From assembly GCA_965197725.1 (NCBI GenBank), contig CBDANQ010000049.1:11443-75442 (forward strand): 64,000 nt of DNA, given 5' to 3'. Below are positions 1-12,919 of this stretch, in pieces. The notes beneath the pieces were generated by a model that saw only the letters and a program-made list of their open reading frames with translations, was not told the DNA's origin and made no database searches. The translations under genes were made by a program, and so were the position numbers. This DNA is from Longimicrobiales bacterium (GTDB lineage Bacteria > Gemmatimonadota > Gemmatimonadetes > Longimicrobiales > Gaopeijiaceae). Numbering within the stretch: the first letter of the stretch is position 1; each line of letters starts with the position of its first letter.

Positions 1-1
1 T

Positions 2-1144
2 GGGCTCAGCCCGCTCTCGGCACCCGCGTTGGGCGCGATCGCCGTCCGCGCCGCGATCGGGCGTGCCGGCATCGAGGTCATCGACCTCGACGAAGTCATC
101 ATGGGCAACGTCGTGTCCGCTGGAGGAGGCCAGGCTCCGGCCCGCCAGGCCGCCGTGAACGGCGGTGTGCCGGCGACGATTCCTGCGCTGACCATCAACA
201 AGGTTTGCGGTTCGGGGCTCAAGGCGGTCATGCTCGCGGCACAGGCCGTGCGGGCGGGTGATGCCCGGCTCGTGCTGGCCGGTGGCATGGAGTCGATGTC
301 CAATGTGCCTTTCTATGCCCGTGGCCTGCGCAGTGGCGTGAAGTTGGGGAACCAAGCTCTCGAGGATGGACTGATCCACGATGGCCTGTGGTGCTCGTTC
401 GGGGCCTGCCACATGGGTGGGCACGCAGAGTACACAGCCGACAAGGCAGGGGTCACGCGCACCGAGGCCGACGAGTTCTCGCTGCGCTCGCACCAGAAGG
501 CGGTGGCCGCGATCGAAGAGGGGCGGTTCAGGGACGAGATCGTTCCGGTCGAGGTCAAGGGCGGTCGCGGCGTGACGATCGTCGACACGGACGAGAGCCC
601 GCGGGCCGACAGTTCGCTCGAGGCGTTGGGCAAGCTTCGGCCGGCGTTCGCACATGACGCGCCCGAGGGGATCAACAAGCACGTTGTCACCGCTGGAAAT
701 GCCCCTGGCCTCAACGACGGAGCGGCAGCGGTGGTCGTGGCCTCGCTCGAGTACGCCGAGGCGCACGGGCTCGAAGTGGACGCGGTCATCTCGGCGTACG
801 CCGTCAGCGCTACCGAGCCTCAGGATCTCTTTTTCGCTCCGATCGCAGCGGTGAACAACCTGATGCAAAAGGAAGGTAAGCAGATCAGCGACTATGATCT
901 CATCGAGGTGAACGAGGCCTTCGCGGTGCAGGCGATCGCGGACATGCGTGCGCTGGGGATGGACGAGGAGCTGGTGAACGTGAACGGAGGTGCGGTTGCG
1001 CTGGGCCACCCGATCGGGGCGTCCGGTACGCGCATTCTGGTGACGCTGCTCAACGCGCTGGAGCGTCGAGGAGCGGGGACCGGGCTCGCAACCCTCTGCC
1101 TCGGCGGGGGCAACGCGGTCGCGCTCTCTGTGGAGAAGGCGTAA
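2..1144 (+). CDS. Acetyl-CoA C-acyltransferase (thiolase), 5' end outside window
   Basis: Motifs [26 protein letters not shown]; frame open to window start. Confidence 0.95.
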   Translation, partial: GLSPLSAPALGAIAVRAAIGRAGIEVIDLDEVIMGNVVSAGGGQAPARQAAVNGGVPATIPALTINKVCGSGLKAVMLAAQAVRAGDARLVLAGGMESMSNVPFYARGLRSGVKLGNQALEDGLIHDGLWCSFGACHMGGHAEYTADKAGVTRTEADEFSLRSHQKAVAAIEEGRFRDEIVPVEVKGGRGVTIVDTDESPRADSSLEALGKLRPAFAHDAPEGINKHVVTAGNAPGLNDGAAAVVVASLEYAEAHGLEVDAVISAYAVSATEPQDLFFAPIAAVNNLMQKEGKQISDYDLIEVNEAFAVQAIADMRALGMDEELVNVNGGAVALGHPIGASGTRILVTLLNALERRGAGTGLATLCLGGGNAVALSVEKA

Positions 1145-1149
1145 CACCC

Positions 1150-2088
1150 TTGCCCCCAACACTCTTGCCGAAAGGAGTGCTCCGAGGCCTTGTCCTCACG
1201 GGGACGGGCGGGCGGCTCCGGGTAGGCTGGCGCCTTCTGTTCTTCGTGCTCACCGCAACGCTCGTCGGGCTGACGGTGGCGATGCTTCTTCCGGCGCGGA
1301 CCCAGTCCGGCTCGGTGATGCTGCTCTCCGGGGCTCTGGTGGGAGGGTGGGCCACGCTTGCCCTCGACGGGCGAACTCCGGGCGCGCTCGGCTTCTACTT
1401 GAGTCCGGTCGCGGGACGCGAAGCCGCGGTGGGGCTCGGGCTCGGAGTGGTAGTGGCGATGGTGGTAGTGCTCGCAATGGTCGCCCTCGGCGGTTTGCGC
1501 TGGTCGGCCCAGCCCGGCACGGTTGGCGCCTGGGTGGTGGGCAGCGCGAGTGCATTGCTGTTTCTAACGCTGCCCGCGGCGGCCGAGGAAGCTCTGCTGA
1601 GGGGATACCCCCTCCAGGCGCTCGCCGAGGCATGGGGCCCATCCGCGGCATTGCTCGTTACGTCGATCGCCTTCGGGGCCGTGCACTTCCCCAACCCCGA
1701 GGTGACGTGGTTGGCGCTGGCGAACATTGCGGCGGCGGGATTGTTGCTCGGTGCCGTGTACCTGCGTACCGGAAGCCTGTGGTGGACCACCGGGGTGCAC
1801 CTGGGCTGGAACTGGGGACACGGGTACCTGGCCGATGTGCCGGTTAGTGGTCTGGAGCTGTTGGACGCGCCCTTCTACGACGGCGTCGCCCAGGGCCCCA
1901 GCTGGCTCGGTGGTGGTGGATTCGGACCTGAAGGCAGCGCGCTCGCGACCGTAGTGGTCTTGGCGGCCGCGGCGGCGTGCTGGTGGGGGCCCTGGCTGCG
2001 GCCTGGAGAGGCGGCTTTGCGTACGTCGCCGTTGGCGGTAACGGACCTGCGCCGGCCCAGAGGGCCCCAAGGAGCGATCGCGGCATGA
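1150..2088 (+). CDS. CPBP/Abi (CAAX) family intramembrane metalloprotease
   Basis: [18 protein letters not shown] motifs; many TM segments; start uncertain. Confidence 0.88.
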   Translation: MPPTLLPKGVLRGLVLTGTGGRLRVGWRLLFFVLTATLVGLTVAMLLPARTQSGSVMLLSGALVGGWATLALDGRTPGALGFYLSPVAGREAAVGLGLGVVVAMVVVLAMVALGGLRWSAQPGTVGAWVVGSASALLFLTLPAAAEEALLRGYPLQALAEAWGPSAALLVTSIAFGAVHFPNPEVTWLALANIAAAGLLLGAVYLRTGSLWWTTGVHLGWNWGHGYLADVPVSGLELLDAPFYDGVAQGPSWLGGGGFGPEGSALATVVVLAAAAACWWGPWLRPGEAALRTSPLAVTDLRRPRGPQGAIAA

Positions 2089-2939
2089 GTATCCACCGAA
2101 TCGCTGTGCTTGGCGCAGGCACGATGGGTAACGGCATTGCCCATGTCGCAGCTCAGCACGGTAGGGAAGTGCGATTGCTCGATGTTTCGCCAGAAGCTCT
2201 GGAAAGGGCGACGGCGACCATCGCCAAGGACCTAGACCGGCAGGTCGAGAAGGAGATTCTGGACGAGTTCGCTCGTGATGCGACGCTCGCCCGCATCGAG
2301 ACAGGCACGGACCTAGCGGCCGGGGCCGAGGGCGTCGATCTCGTCATCGAGGCCGTGCCCGAGAAGGCGCAGCTCAAGTACGACCTCTTCGAGACACTCG
2401 ATCTCGCGGCGGGGCCCGATACCATTCTAGCGAGCAATACCTCGTCCATTTCAATCACCGAGATTGCCGCGCATACGTCGTGCCCCGACAGGGTGATCGG
2501 CATGCACTTCATGAATCCGGTTCCCGTCATGAAGCTCGTCGAAGTGATCCGGGGTCTCGCCACGAGTGACGAGACGACACGCGCGACCCTCGAGCTCGCC
2601 GAGGAGTTTGGGAAGACTCCCGTGGAGGTGAACGACTTCCCGGGCTTCGTGTCCAACCGCGTCCTCATGCCGATGATCAACGAGGCGGTGACAGCTCTAA
2701 TGGAGGGTGTGGCGGAACCCGAGGCGATCGACACGGTGATGAAACTCGGCTTGAACCACCCCATGGGACCATTGGAGCTCGCCGACCTGATCGGGCTGGA
2801 TACCTGCCTGAACATCCTCGAAGTGCTGCACCGCGAGTTGGGAGACGACCGATACCGGCCGTCGCCGCTGCTGCGGAAGTACGTCGCCGCGGGCTGGCAT
2901 GGCCGAAAAAGCGGCCGCGGCTTCTACGGCTATGAGTAG
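2085..2939 (+). CDS. hbd: 3-hydroxybutyryl-CoA dehydrogenase
   Basis: GAGTMG Rossmann motif, ASNTSS, GMHFMNP; ATGA overlap with upstream stop. Confidence 0.93.
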   Translation: MSIHRIAVLGAGTMGNGIAHVAAQHGREVRLLDVSPEALERATATIAKDLDRQVEKEILDEFARDATLARIETGTDLAAGAEGVDLVIEAVPEKAQLKYDLFETLDLAAGPDTILASNTSSISITEIAAHTSCPDRVIGMHFMNPVPVMKLVEVIRGLATSDETTRATLELAEEFGKTPVEVNDFPGFVSNRVLMPMINEAVTALMEGVAEPEAIDTVMKLGLNHPMGPLELADLIGLDTCLNILEVLHRELGDDRYRPSPLLRKYVAAGWHGRKSGRGFYGYE

Positions 2940-2945
2940 TCGACG

Positions 2946-4127
2946 ATGACTTGGACGCAGGAACAGCTCGAGATACAGGCGCTCGCCCACGAGTTCGCCG
3001 AGGGCGAGCTTCGAGGCACATCCGCTGAGTGGGACAGCGCCCGTGACGTCGACGAGGCGGTGTTCGACAAGCTCGCGGAGCTCGGATTCCTCGGGATGTT
3101 GATTCCGGAGGAGTATGGCGGGCTCGACTTCGATCTGGGCACCTATGTGCTGGTGCTCGAGGAGCTGGCCTGGGGTGATGCCTCGGTGGCGCTCTCGGTG
3201 GCGATCCACAACGGACCTGTGGGCGGCCTGTTGCTACGGCACGGGAGCGACGATCAAAAGCAGCGCTGGCTGCCTGAGCTCGCCTCGGGTGCGTTGCTCG
3301 GGGCTTTCGCCCTCTCCGAGCCGGGGGTGGGCAGTGACGCGGGTTCGATCTGTACGAAGGCGGAGCGATCCGAGACCGGGTGGACGCTGAGTGGCGAAAA
3401 GCGTTGGGTCACCAACGGCCGGCGCGCCGGGCTGGTCGTCGCCTTCGCTCGCACGGGGGAGGACGGCATCAGTGCGTTTCTGGTATCACCTGATGCGGAC
3501 GGATACACGGTGGGCGCGCGGGAATCGACGATGGGGTTTCGAGCGTCCCAAATCGTGGGGTTGGAGCTCGACGGCGTGGAGCTCGGTGCCGAGGCGCTGT
3601 TGGGTGACTTGGGTCGCGGACTCCCCTACGCGTTGGAAGCTCTCGACCTCGGCCGCGCCGGCATCGCGGCCCAGGCGGTGGGCATCGGGCGATCTGCCCT
3701 GGAGCATGCGGCCAAGTACGCGTTGGAGCGCGAGCAGTTCGATCGGGCGATCGCGGACTTCGGCGCGACCCAGGCGAAGCTTGCGGAGATGGCACGCAGG
3801 CTCACGGGAGCGCGGCTACTGGCCCACCATGCTGGCGCTGCTATCGAGGCGGCCAAGCGCGGATCGGGGCATCCCCGCACCGGCACCGACGGGGTAACGA
3901 GCCGCACAGCGATGGCGAAGCTCACCGCTTCGGAGGCCGCGACCTGGTCTGCGGACGAAGCGATTCAGATTTTTGGCGGGTACGGCTTCATGCGTCACTA
4001 CCCGGTCGAGCAGCTTCTGCGAGATGCTAAGGGTACCGAGATTTACGAAGGAACCAACGAGATCATGAGAGTGGTGATCGCCCGCGAAGTGCTGCGGGAC
4101 GCGGCGAACGACTTAGAAGGCTGTTGA
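2946..4127 (+). CDS. Acyl-CoA dehydrogenase
   Basis: FALSEPGVGSD, REQF, QIFGGYG, IYEGTNEI motifs. Confidence 0.93.
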   Translation: MTWTQEQLEIQALAHEFAEGELRGTSAEWDSARDVDEAVFDKLAELGFLGMLIPEEYGGLDFDLGTYVLVLEELAWGDASVALSVAIHNGPVGGLLLRHGSDDQKQRWLPELASGALLGAFALSEPGVGSDAGSICTKAERSETGWTLSGEKRWVTNGRRAGLVVAFARTGEDGISAFLVSPDADGYTVGARESTMGFRASQIVGLELDGVELGAEALLGDLGRGLPYALEALDLGRAGIAAQAVGIGRSALEHAAKYALEREQFDRAIADFGATQAKLAEMARRLTGARLLAHHAGAAIEAAKRGSGHPRTGTDGVTSRTAMAKLTASEAATWSADEAIQIFGGYGFMRHYPVEQLLRDAKGTEIYEGTNEIMRVVIAREVLRDAANDLEGC

Positions 4128-4171
4128 AGCAGCAGGCACCAAGACCTGGAACGCGTTAGCGCATACCGAGC

Positions 4172-5233
4172 ATGGAAATATTCGACTTGATGTCCGAGCG
4201 GAAGCACGAGCAGCTCGTGTTCTGGAACGACTCCGACCTCGGATATAGGGGCATCATCGCCATCCACGATACCACCATGGGACCGGCGCTGGGCGGAACT
4301 CGCTACTGGGACTACGAGAACGATCGAGACGCGGTCATCGACGCGCTCCGCCTCTCGCGAGGCATGACGTACAAGGCAGCGATCGCCGGCCTCAACCTCG
4401 GCGGTGGCAAGTCGGTCATCTGGGGAGACAACCGCCTGGCTGACCGGGAGATGATCTTCCGAGCGCACGGCCGCGCCGTCGACTCGCTGCACGGTCGCTA
4501 CATCACCGCGGAAGACGTGGGGACGTCGCCGGACGACATGGAGTACATCAGCATGGAGACCGAATACGTGGTCGGGCGGCATGGACGCTCGGGCGATCCG
4601 TCTCCGGTTACCGCGTACGGGGTGTACCGTGGCATCAAGGCGTGTGCAGCGATCAAGTACGGAGACGATTCCTTGGCCGGTCGTCACGTCGCGGTGCAGG
4701 GCCTCGGCCGTGTCGGCTACTACCTGTGTGGCGATTTGGCTCAGGAAGGCGCCAGGCTCACGGTCACAGACATCGATCCGGGGCGCGTGAGGCGGGTCGC
4801 CGAGGAGTTCGGAGCCCAGACGGTTGCGGCGGACGACATCTATGACATCGATGCCGACATCTTCGCCCCCTGCGCTTTGGGCGCGGTCGTCAATGACGAC
4901 ACGATCGACTTGCTCCAGGTCGACATCGTCGCGGGGGCCGCAAACAACCAGCTGGCACGCGGGCAAATCCATGGGCCGGCGCTCCACGAGCGGGACATTC
5001 TGTACGCGCCCGACTACGTGATCAACGCCGGTGGGCTCATCAACGTATATGGAGAGCTGAACGACTGGACCGCGGATCGCAGCAAGTGGAAGGCCGGGGA
5101 GATCTACGGCACGCTTCTCCGCATCTTCGAGCTTGCCAAGGCCGACGGGATTCCTCCGCACGTGTCGGCCAACAAGGTTGCGGAGGCGCGCATCTTGGAG
5201 GCGAGGCATCTGCAACGGACGTTCCGTACGTGA
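4172..5233 (+). CDS. Leu/Phe/Val dehydrogenase (Glu/Leu/Phe/Val dehydrogenase family)
   Basis: [42 protein letters not shown]. Confidence 0.92.
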   Translation: MEIFDLMSERKHEQLVFWNDSDLGYRGIIAIHDTTMGPALGGTRYWDYENDRDAVIDALRLSRGMTYKAAIAGLNLGGGKSVIWGDNRLADREMIFRAHGRAVDSLHGRYITAEDVGTSPDDMEYISMETEYVVGRHGRSGDPSPVTAYGVYRGIKACAAIKYGDDSLAGRHVAVQGLGRVGYYLCGDLAQEGARLTVTDIDPGRVRRVAEEFGAQTVAADDIYDIDADIFAPCALGAVVNDDTIDLLQVDIVAGAANNQLARGQIHGPALHERDILYAPDYVINAGGLINVYGELNDWTADRSKWKAGEIYGTLLRIFELAKADGIPPHVSANKVAEARILEARHLQRTFRT

Positions 5234-5267
5234 TGGACATTCCTCTCGTGATGGACAGGCCGTCAAG

Positions 5268-6524
5268 ATGGACCACCTGAAGAAGACCGACCCAGCCGTC
5301 TTCGACTCGATCATCTCCGAGGCCCGTCGGCAGGCCGACGGCCTGGAGCTCATCGCGAGCGAGAACTTCGTCTCCGAGGCCGTGCTCGAGGCGATGGGCA
5401 CCGTGATGACGAACAAGTATGCGGAGGGGCTGCCATCGAAGCGGTACTACGGCGGTTGCGAATTTGTTGACGTCGCGGAGGATCTGGCCCGCGACCGAGC
5501 CAAACAGCTGTTCGGTGCGGAGCACGTCAACGTGCAGCCGCACTCGGGCGCGCAGGCCAACATGGCGGCGTACTTCTCGTTCTTGGAGCCCGGGAACAAG
5601 ATCTTGGGAATGAACCTCAGTCACGGCGGTCATCTCACACACGGCTCACCCGTCAATTTCAGTGGCCGCCTCTTCGAGATCGTCGCGTATGGAGTGCGGG
5701 AAGACGACGGGCGCATCGATTACGATGAGCTTCGAGACCAGGCGCACGCCGAGCGTCCGAAGATGATCATTGCCGGGGCGAGCGCGTACCCGCGCACGAT
5801 CGACTTCGCCGCCTTCTCGGAGATCGCGCGGGAAGTCGACGCGCGCTTGGTGGTCGACATGGCGCACATCGCGGGCCTTGTGGCGACTGGGCACCACCCC
5901 ACCCCGATTCCGCATGCCGACGTCGTGACCACCACGACGCACAAGACGCTGCGGGGTCCCCGCGGCGGCTTGATCTTTTGCCGCGCAGAGCACGGCAAGG
6001 CGATCGACAAGTCGGTCTTCCCGTTCATGCAGGGTGGTCCCCTCATGCACGTGATCGCGGCCAAGGCGGTGGCGTTGCTCGAAGCCCTGCAGCCTGAATT
6101 CAGTGACTACTCCGAGCAGATCGTCGCCAACGCGAAGGCGCTGGGAGAAGGCCTCGTAGAGCGGGGCTTTCACCTCGTCAGCGGCGGCACGGACAACCAC
6201 CTCGTACTCGTGGATCTCCGGCCGAGCCATGGCGAGCTGACGGGCAAGGAAGCCGAGGCGGCACTCGAGGCGTCCGGCATCACCGTGAACAAGAACACGG
6301 TACCCGGGGAGACACGCTCACCGTTCGTGACGTCCGGCCTCCGCATCGGAACACCGGCGCTCACCTCCCGTGGCATGAAGGAAAGCGAGATGGTGCAGAT
6401 CGCGGCTTGGATCGCGCACGTTCTGGAGGCACCGAGCGACGAAGACCGGATCGCGGGTGTCGGCGGCGAGGTCAGGGATCTCTGTGCCGCTTTCCCGCTC
6501 TATGTGGGATTGGCGGGTCGATAG
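5268..6524 (+). CDS. glyA: Serine hydroxymethyltransferase
   Basis: [34 protein letters not shown]. Confidence 0.97.
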   Translation: MDHLKKTDPAVFDSIISEARRQADGLELIASENFVSEAVLEAMGTVMTNKYAEGLPSKRYYGGCEFVDVAEDLARDRAKQLFGAEHVNVQPHSGAQANMAAYFSFLEPGNKILGMNLSHGGHLTHGSPVNFSGRLFEIVAYGVREDDGRIDYDELRDQAHAERPKMIIAGASAYPRTIDFAAFSEIAREVDARLVVDMAHIAGLVATGHHPTPIPHADVVTTTTHKTLRGPRGGLIFCRAEHGKAIDKSVFPFMQGGPLMHVIAAKAVALLEALQPEFSDYSEQIVANAKALGEGLVERGFHLVSGGTDNHLVLVDLRPSHGELTGKEAEAALEASGITVNKNTVPGETRSPFVTSGLRIGTPALTSRGMKESEMVQIAAWIAHVLEAPSDEDRIAGVGGEVRDLCAAFPLYVGLAGR

Positions 6525-6582
6525 GTGTCTTACGTGGTGCCCCCACTAGCGAACGGCTTGCTAGAAACCCACATTTCCATCC

Positions 6583-6963
6583 ATGACGGAACTGCAATTC
6601 GCGGACGAAGTTCTGGACCAGCTCCAGGAACGAAACCCTCGTTTCGATGCGAGGGCGTATTTCTTCGTGCTCGCGGCCTTGCATTCGGTCATCCACTCGC
6701 TGGACGAGCCCCGGCACATTTCCGGGCGTGAACTCGCCGACGGGGTGAGGCGCTTGGCTCTTGAGCGCTTTGGTCCGATGGCGAGGATGGTGCTGGAGCA
6801 TTGGGGGATTTGCGCAACCGAGGATGTCGGGGGTGTTGTGTTCGCGTTGGTGGAGCAGGGGATTCTCATCAAGCAGGACGAGGATCGCCCGGAGGACTTT
6901 GCCGACGTGTTCGACTTCGAAGAGGCTTTCGAGCTGAGTTATCCCTGGGCAGCTCGATTCTAA
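6583..6963 (+). CDS. Conserved hypothetical protein, Minf_1886-like
   Basis: AYFFVLAAL...HISGREL...FGPMARMVLEHWG...TEDVG pattern recalled from this family. Confidence 0.75.
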   Translation: MTELQFADEVLDQLQERNPRFDARAYFFVLAALHSVIHSLDEPRHISGRELADGVRRLALERFGPMARMVLEHWGICATEDVGGVVFALVEQGILIKQDEDRPEDFADVFDFEEAFELSYPWAARF

Positions 6964-6998
6964 CCGCATCGTTGCCACGCTGAGGGGAGGGGTTGCAC

Positions 6999-7196
6999 AT
7001 GGAGGGGGAACAGGGATTTCCGCGCTGCCTGAAGTGCGAGGTCGGTCTTCTGCTGCCGCTCTCGGACTACGGCAGGGACGGTGCGGCGATTCGCTACAAA
7101 GCGTGGGTGTGCTCCAGGCCGGATTGCGGCTTCAACATCCGGATCGACAACGGCGAGATCAGCATCGGCCGCACGATCGGGCAGAGCTACAAGTAG
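6999..7196 (+). CDS. Small zinc-ribbon-like protein (65 aa)
   Basis: CxxC...CxxxxC; purine-rich SD upstream; fills the gap in the operon. Confidence 0.7.
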   Translation: MEGEQGFPRCLKCEVGLLLPLSDYGRDGAAIRYKAWVCSRPDCGFNIRIDNGEISIGRTIGQSYK

Positions 7197-7220
7197 AACC
7201 CGTCGCAGACCCCACAGCTC

Positions 7221-8798
7221 ATGGCCGGTCTCCACCCGCCACTCCGCCCTTATGCACGCCTGGACGTGCTCGCGCCCACCGGAACGGAGGCCGAGGCACT
7301 CGATAGCACGGCGATCGAGACCCACGGCGTGCCTCAGCCCGTGCTCATGGAGAACGCGGGGCGGGCGGCCGCGATGATCGTGCAACGCCTCCGCCCGCAC
7401 GGCCGGGTGGTGGGCGTGGTGGGGTCGGGCAACAACGGCGGGGATGCGCTCGTGTTGCTCAGGACATTACGGGCGTGGGGTCGTGACGTCCTTGCGCTTG
7501 TCGTGGCCGACCGGCCCTTGGAGGACCCCCTGCTGCACGGCTGGGACGTCCCCGTGCGCACGGACGAGGGACTCGGCAGGGAAGGATGGCGAGACCTGCT
7601 CGGGGAAGCGAGCGTCGTCGTGGACGGGGTGCTCGGCACGGGCCTGCGGGGCGCCCCCCGGGAGCGGCAGCGCGCCGTGATCGAGCACATCAACGCCTTG
7701 GGTCGCTGGGTTCTTTCGATCGACGTGCCATCCGGCATCGACTCCGGGACAGGGGGCATGCCGGGCAGCGCGGTGCGAGCGACGGTCACGGTCGCCTTTG
7801 GCGCGCCGAAGCTCGGAAGCCTTCTGCATCCGGCGCGTTTACTTGCCGGTCGGTTGATCGCGGTCGAGATCGCCTTTCCACCGTGGAACCATGTGGACGT
7901 GACCGCGCGAGTGGTCACGCCCTCCTGGGCCCAGGCCCGTCTCCCGCACCGGGATCCGGACACACACAAGAACGCCGTGGGTCGTGTGCTCGTGGTCGCG
8001 GGACAGCAAGGCATGGCCGGCGCCGCGGTTCTCGCAGTGCGCGCGTCGCTGAGCGCTGGGGCGGGTCTTGTGAGGATCTGCTCCGCACCGGAGAACCGCG
8101 AGATCGTGCAGAGTGCGGTACCGGAGGCGATCTACGTCGATCCCGGCGATCCACAGTCGTTTGTCGCGGCCATCGAGCAGTGCGACGCAGTCGGCCTTGG
8201 GCCGGGCCTCGGCACGGACACGTTCGGACGGGAGCTTGCCACGGCGGTCGCGACCGGTCCGCCTCGACCCGTAGTGGTGGACGCCGACGCGCTCAACTTG
8301 GCGTCCCAAGGCGCACTCGACTTGGCCTTGCTGGCCTCGACGAGAGCGGTTCTGGCGACTCCCCACGCCGGCGAGATGGCGCGGCTGCTCGGCACTGACG
8401 TGGCCAAGGTCCAGTCGGACCGGATCGCGGCGCTCGGCCGTGCTGTAGACGCGAACGGATACGCGCTGTTGCTCAAGGGGGCTCCTTCATTGGTCGCGGC
8501 GCCGGGAGGCGAGGTGCACGTCGACTCTCAGGGTTCGTCCGACTTCGCATCCGCGGGCATGGGCGACGCGCTGACGGGCGTGTGCGCATCGCTCCTGGCC
8601 CAGGGGCTGGGCGCCACCGAAGCCGGCGTGGTTGGACTCTACCTGACGGGCCGCTCCGCGCGTCTCGCCGGCCGTGGTCCGGCGCTCACCCCGAGTGACG
8701 TGATCCGCTGCCTCCCGGACGCTCTCAGGGAGCGGAGCGTGGGCGTCTCGGACCTCGACCTGCCCTTTGTTCTCTACGACGCGGACCCAGCCCGGTGA
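7221..8798 (+). CDS. nnr: Bifunctional NAD(P)H-hydrate epimerase/dehydratase
   Basis: LMENAG, GNNGGD, DVPSG, GPGLG, DADAL, TPHAGE, GMGDAL. Confidence 0.93.
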   Translation: MAGLHPPLRPYARLDVLAPTGTEAEALDSTAIETHGVPQPVLMENAGRAAAMIVQRLRPHGRVVGVVGSGNNGGDALVLLRTLRAWGRDVLALVVADRPLEDPLLHGWDVPVRTDEGLGREGWRDLLGEASVVVDGVLGTGLRGAPRERQRAVIEHINALGRWVLSIDVPSGIDSGTGGMPGSAVRATVTVAFGAPKLGSLLHPARLLAGRLIAVEIAFPPWNHVDVTARVVTPSWAQARLPHRDPDTHKNAVGRVLVVAGQQGMAGAAVLAVRASLSAGAGLVRICSAPENREIVQSAVPEAIYVDPGDPQSFVAAIEQCDAVGLGPGLGTDTFGRELATAVATGPPRPVVVDADALNLASQGALDLALLASTRAVLATPHAGEMARLLGTDVAKVQSDRIAALGRAVDANGYALLLKGAPSLVAAPGGEVHVDSQGSSDFASAGMGDALTGVCASLLAQGLGATEAGVVGLYLTGRSARLAGRGPALTPSDVIRCLPDALRERSVGVSDLDLPFVLYDADPAR

Positions 8799-8799
8799 G

Positions 8800-9795
8800 A
8801 TGAGCGATCACCCGCCGCGCACCGTCCGACTCGGCCCGGGGGCGGAGTTCGACCGGATTCGCATGGCGATCACTCTTGGTGGTGAGCTGCCAGCGGCGGT
8901 CCGGGTCGGACCCGGTGACGACGCGACGGTCATCGAAGGCGGGTGGGTCCTGAGTACCGACATGTGCGTCGAGGACGTGCACTTCCGACGGAGCTGGCTC
9001 TCGGACCGTGAGATCGGGTACCGCGCGGCGGCGACCGCGCTCTCAGACCTCGCGGCCATGGCGGCGACCCCCCTCGGGCTGCTGGTGTCCATTGCGGTCC
9101 CGGAGGCCCCAGACGTCGATTTGGAGGCACTGCAGGTCGGCCTTGAGGAAGCCGTGCAAGCGCTTGGTGGAGCGATTCTCGGTGGGGATCTCTCCCGCTC
9201 GCCAGGGCCCCTCGTGCTCGATGTCGTGGTCGTGGGCCGCACGCCGTGGCCGGTATTGCGGAATGGGGCTGAGGCCGGCGACGAGATCTGGGTGACCGGG
9301 CGCCTCGGCGCGAGCGCCGCCGCCGTCCAGGCTTGGCGCCAGGGGGGTGAGCCGTCCCCCCGAGCACGCGCAGCCTTCGCCCGTCCGACGCCGCGTATCG
9401 ACGAAGCGTGCTGTCTGGTCGAGCGGGAATGGGTCGACGCGCTCATGGACATATCCGACGGCCTAGCCGGTGACGTCGGCCATTTGGCTGCCGCGTCTGG
9501 CGTGAAGGTTGTCTTGGAGGCGGGTGCCGTCCCGATCGCCGACGCCGCCCTCGCTGCCCTCGGAGCCGAGGGCGCGCTGGAGGCGGCGCTGCATGGGGGC
9601 GAGGACTACGAGCTGCTCTTCGTCACCGACCCGGGGATCGTCGACGTGGCTCACTTCGAGGACCGCTTTGGGCTCGACTTGACCCGCGTCGGACATGTGC
9701 TCGAGGGGGAGGGCGTGTGGCTCGATCGCGGCGACGGGGAGCCACGGCCGCTGGGGCGAGCTGGTTTCGACCACTTCGGGAGCGGCGACCGGTGA
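8800..9795 (+). CDS. thiL: Thiamine-monophosphate kinase
   Basis: GPGDDA, STDMCVEDVHF, SDLAAM, DISDGL, GGEDYELLF. Confidence 0.93.
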   Translation: MSDHPPRTVRLGPGAEFDRIRMAITLGGELPAAVRVGPGDDATVIEGGWVLSTDMCVEDVHFRRSWLSDREIGYRAAATALSDLAAMAATPLGLLVSIAVPEAPDVDLEALQVGLEEAVQALGGAILGGDLSRSPGPLVLDVVVVGRTPWPVLRNGAEAGDEIWVTGRLGASAAAVQAWRQGGEPSPRARAAFARPTPRIDEACCLVEREWVDALMDISDGLAGDVGHLAAASGVKVVLEAGAVPIADAALAALGAEGALEAALHGGEDYELLFVTDPGIVDVAHFEDRFGLDLTRVGHVLEGEGVWLDRGDGEPRPLGRAGFDHFGSGDR

Positions 9796-10514
9796 TCCGT
9801 CTGTTCGCGCTGCTGGCGTTTGGGATCCCGGCCACGATCTGGTATGCGACGCGGATTGCGTGGGCCGTCTACCGAAACGCTGCGAACGCCGACTGTGTAT
9901 GCGCGGAAGTCTCGCGCGCCTGGTCGAGGCTGATGCTCCGTATCGCCGGCGTGCGCGTCGAGGTCGAAGCGGCGGAAAACATCGACTCTGCGGCACGGCA
10001 GGTCGTGGTGGCGAATCACACGTCCTGGTTCGACCCTCTCGCCTTGGCCGGTTTCTGTCCCGGTCTATATGTGTTCGTGGCGAAGAAAGAAGTTGCGCGG
10101 GTGCCCTTCCTCGGCATGGCGGTCGGAGCGTGCGGGCACATCTACATCGATCGCGACGACCGTGACCTCGCCGTGGAATCGCTGCGGATCGCGCGTCAGA
10201 GGTTGGAAGATGACGGTCCAAGCATCATCATGTTTCCTGAGGGGACACGCTCGCCGACGGGGGAATTGCAGCGGTTCAAGAAGGGCGCGTTCGTTCTGGC
10301 GATTCAGGCCGGCGCCGAAGTGGTTCCGACCGCGGTCATCGGGTCCAGAGACGTGATGAGGAAAAATGCGATCCTTGTCCGGCCCGGCGTTATCCGGATC
10401 AGATTCGGGACTCCGATTCCGGTCCATTCGTACGACGTCGAACACAGAGACGACCTCGCCGACCGAGCTTGGCAGGCGCTGCGGGACCTGCAGACTTCGG
10501 CGACTCGGGCATAG
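9792..10514 (+). CDS. Lysophospholipid (1-acyl-G3P) acyltransferase, PlsC-like
   Basis: NHTSWFD and FPEGTRS motifs; GTGA overlap with thiL. Confidence 0.9.
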   Translation: MIRLFALLAFGIPATIWYATRIAWAVYRNAANADCVCAEVSRAWSRLMLRIAGVRVEVEAAENIDSAARQVVVANHTSWFDPLALAGFCPGLYVFVAKKEVARVPFLGMAVGACGHIYIDRDDRDLAVESLRIARQRLEDDGPSIIMFPEGTRSPTGELQRFKKGAFVLAIQAGAEVVPTAVIGSRDVMRKNAILVRPGVIRIRFGTPIPVHSYDVEHRDDLADRAWQALRDLQTSATRA

Positions 10515-10528
10515 AGAGGGGAGGCTAG

Positions 10529-11812
<1,284 letters not shown>

Positions 11813-11817
11813 CGGTC

Positions 11818-12144
11818 GTGCACAGGCTGAAGAAGGCGATTCTGCCAGGCCTTCTGTTGCTCGCGGCGTACTACGCGGTGTTCGGGGGCGAGTACTCGTG
11901 GTTCGAGCTCAGGGACGCTCGGGCGGCGGTCGAGCGGGAGAAGGCCGATCTCGCCGAGCTCAACCGTCAGATCGATTCGCTCCGTGCATGGGCTGACTCC
12001 ATGCAGATCGATTCCGTGACGCTCGAGCGCATCGCGCGCGAGCGCTTCGGCATGATTCAAGACGGCGAGATCCTCTATCGTTTCGCACAGCCTAGGGACA
12101 GCACGCTCCCGCTGACCGATACGACGAACGGGGCCACGCGGTAG
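11818..12144 (+). CDS. ftsB: Septum formation initiator FtsB/DivIC family
   Basis: TM helix, coiled coil, ERIARERFGMIQDGE; eno-ftsB synteny. Confidence 0.85.
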   Translation: MHRLKKAILPGLLLLAAYYAVFGGEYSWFELRDARAAVEREKADLAELNRQIDSLRAWADSMQIDSVTLERIARERFGMIQDGEILYRFAQPRDSTLPLTDTTNGATR

Positions 12145-12181
12145 CAGCCAACCGCTTTGCTGTGGCTACGCCTCCGGGCGG

Positions 12182-12910
12182 CTACGACTCCGGAGTGGCT
12201 TCGTCCACGACCCGGAGCAGTTCCATCGCGAGCTCGTCGAGCGTCTCGAGCGTGGCCCGGTCCGAGCGCGTCCAAAACGGCCGCGCAAGCAGGACAGGCG
12301 TCACCAGCCACAGCAGGCTTGCCGCCAGCGGGCCCACGCTGAACGGTGTGATGGCACTCAAGCCGGCCCAACCGAGCAGCCCGAGGAACCAGTGCACGAG
12401 GTAGTGACCCGTACGGTCGGCCACGATCGAGACGTCGCTGGCTCCCTCGCCTGAGACGGTCACGGTCGTTCGCCCCACGCCATGACTTTCGCGCCATACG
12501 AAGCGCTCGGGGTCGTCCTCCAGGATGTCACCGGAGCGGCCGAGAACCTTTTCCGCCACACGCGCCAGGCTACGGCGATCGGGCGGCAGGCCGCCGAGCA
12601 TGCTCGCTCGGACCTCGCGCCGCTCGGGGGCTCCGAGCGTCGCCGCCAGGGCCCCGGTTCCGCCGACCTTCTCGATCGACGCGGACCTACGCACCGCCAG
12701 CGGATCGAGACCGACGTCGCGGGCGACCTCCATGAGCTCCGTCACGGTCAGGTCGTGCTGCGCCGGTACGTGTCGTGACTCCTCGGACTTGGCGGCGCGT
12801 CGAAGGATGGCATCGATTTCGCCCGCCGGAAATCGCCGGCCCGAAGATGGCGCCGCCGGCCCAGGCTCATCGCGCCGGGCCGGCACGCCGCCGTGCTTCG
12901 ACTCGCTCAT
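12182..12910 (-). CDS. Hypothetical membrane protein
   Basis: 242-aa ORF with two C-terminal TM segments, 9 bp downstream of the SPFH gene. Confidence 0.7.
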   Translation of the reverse strand: MSESKHGGVPARRDEPGPAAPSSGRRFPAGEIDAILRRAAKSEESRHVPAQHDLTVTELMEVARDVGLDPLAVRRSASIEKVGGTGALAATLGAPERREVRASMLGGLPPDRRSLARVAEKVLGRSGDILEDDPERFVWRESHGVGRTTVTVSGEGASDVSIVADRTGHYLVHWFLGLLGWAGLSAITPFSVGPLAASLLWLVTPVLLARPFWTRSDRATLETLDELAMELLRVVDEATPES

Positions 12911-12919
12911 GCCTCGCGG

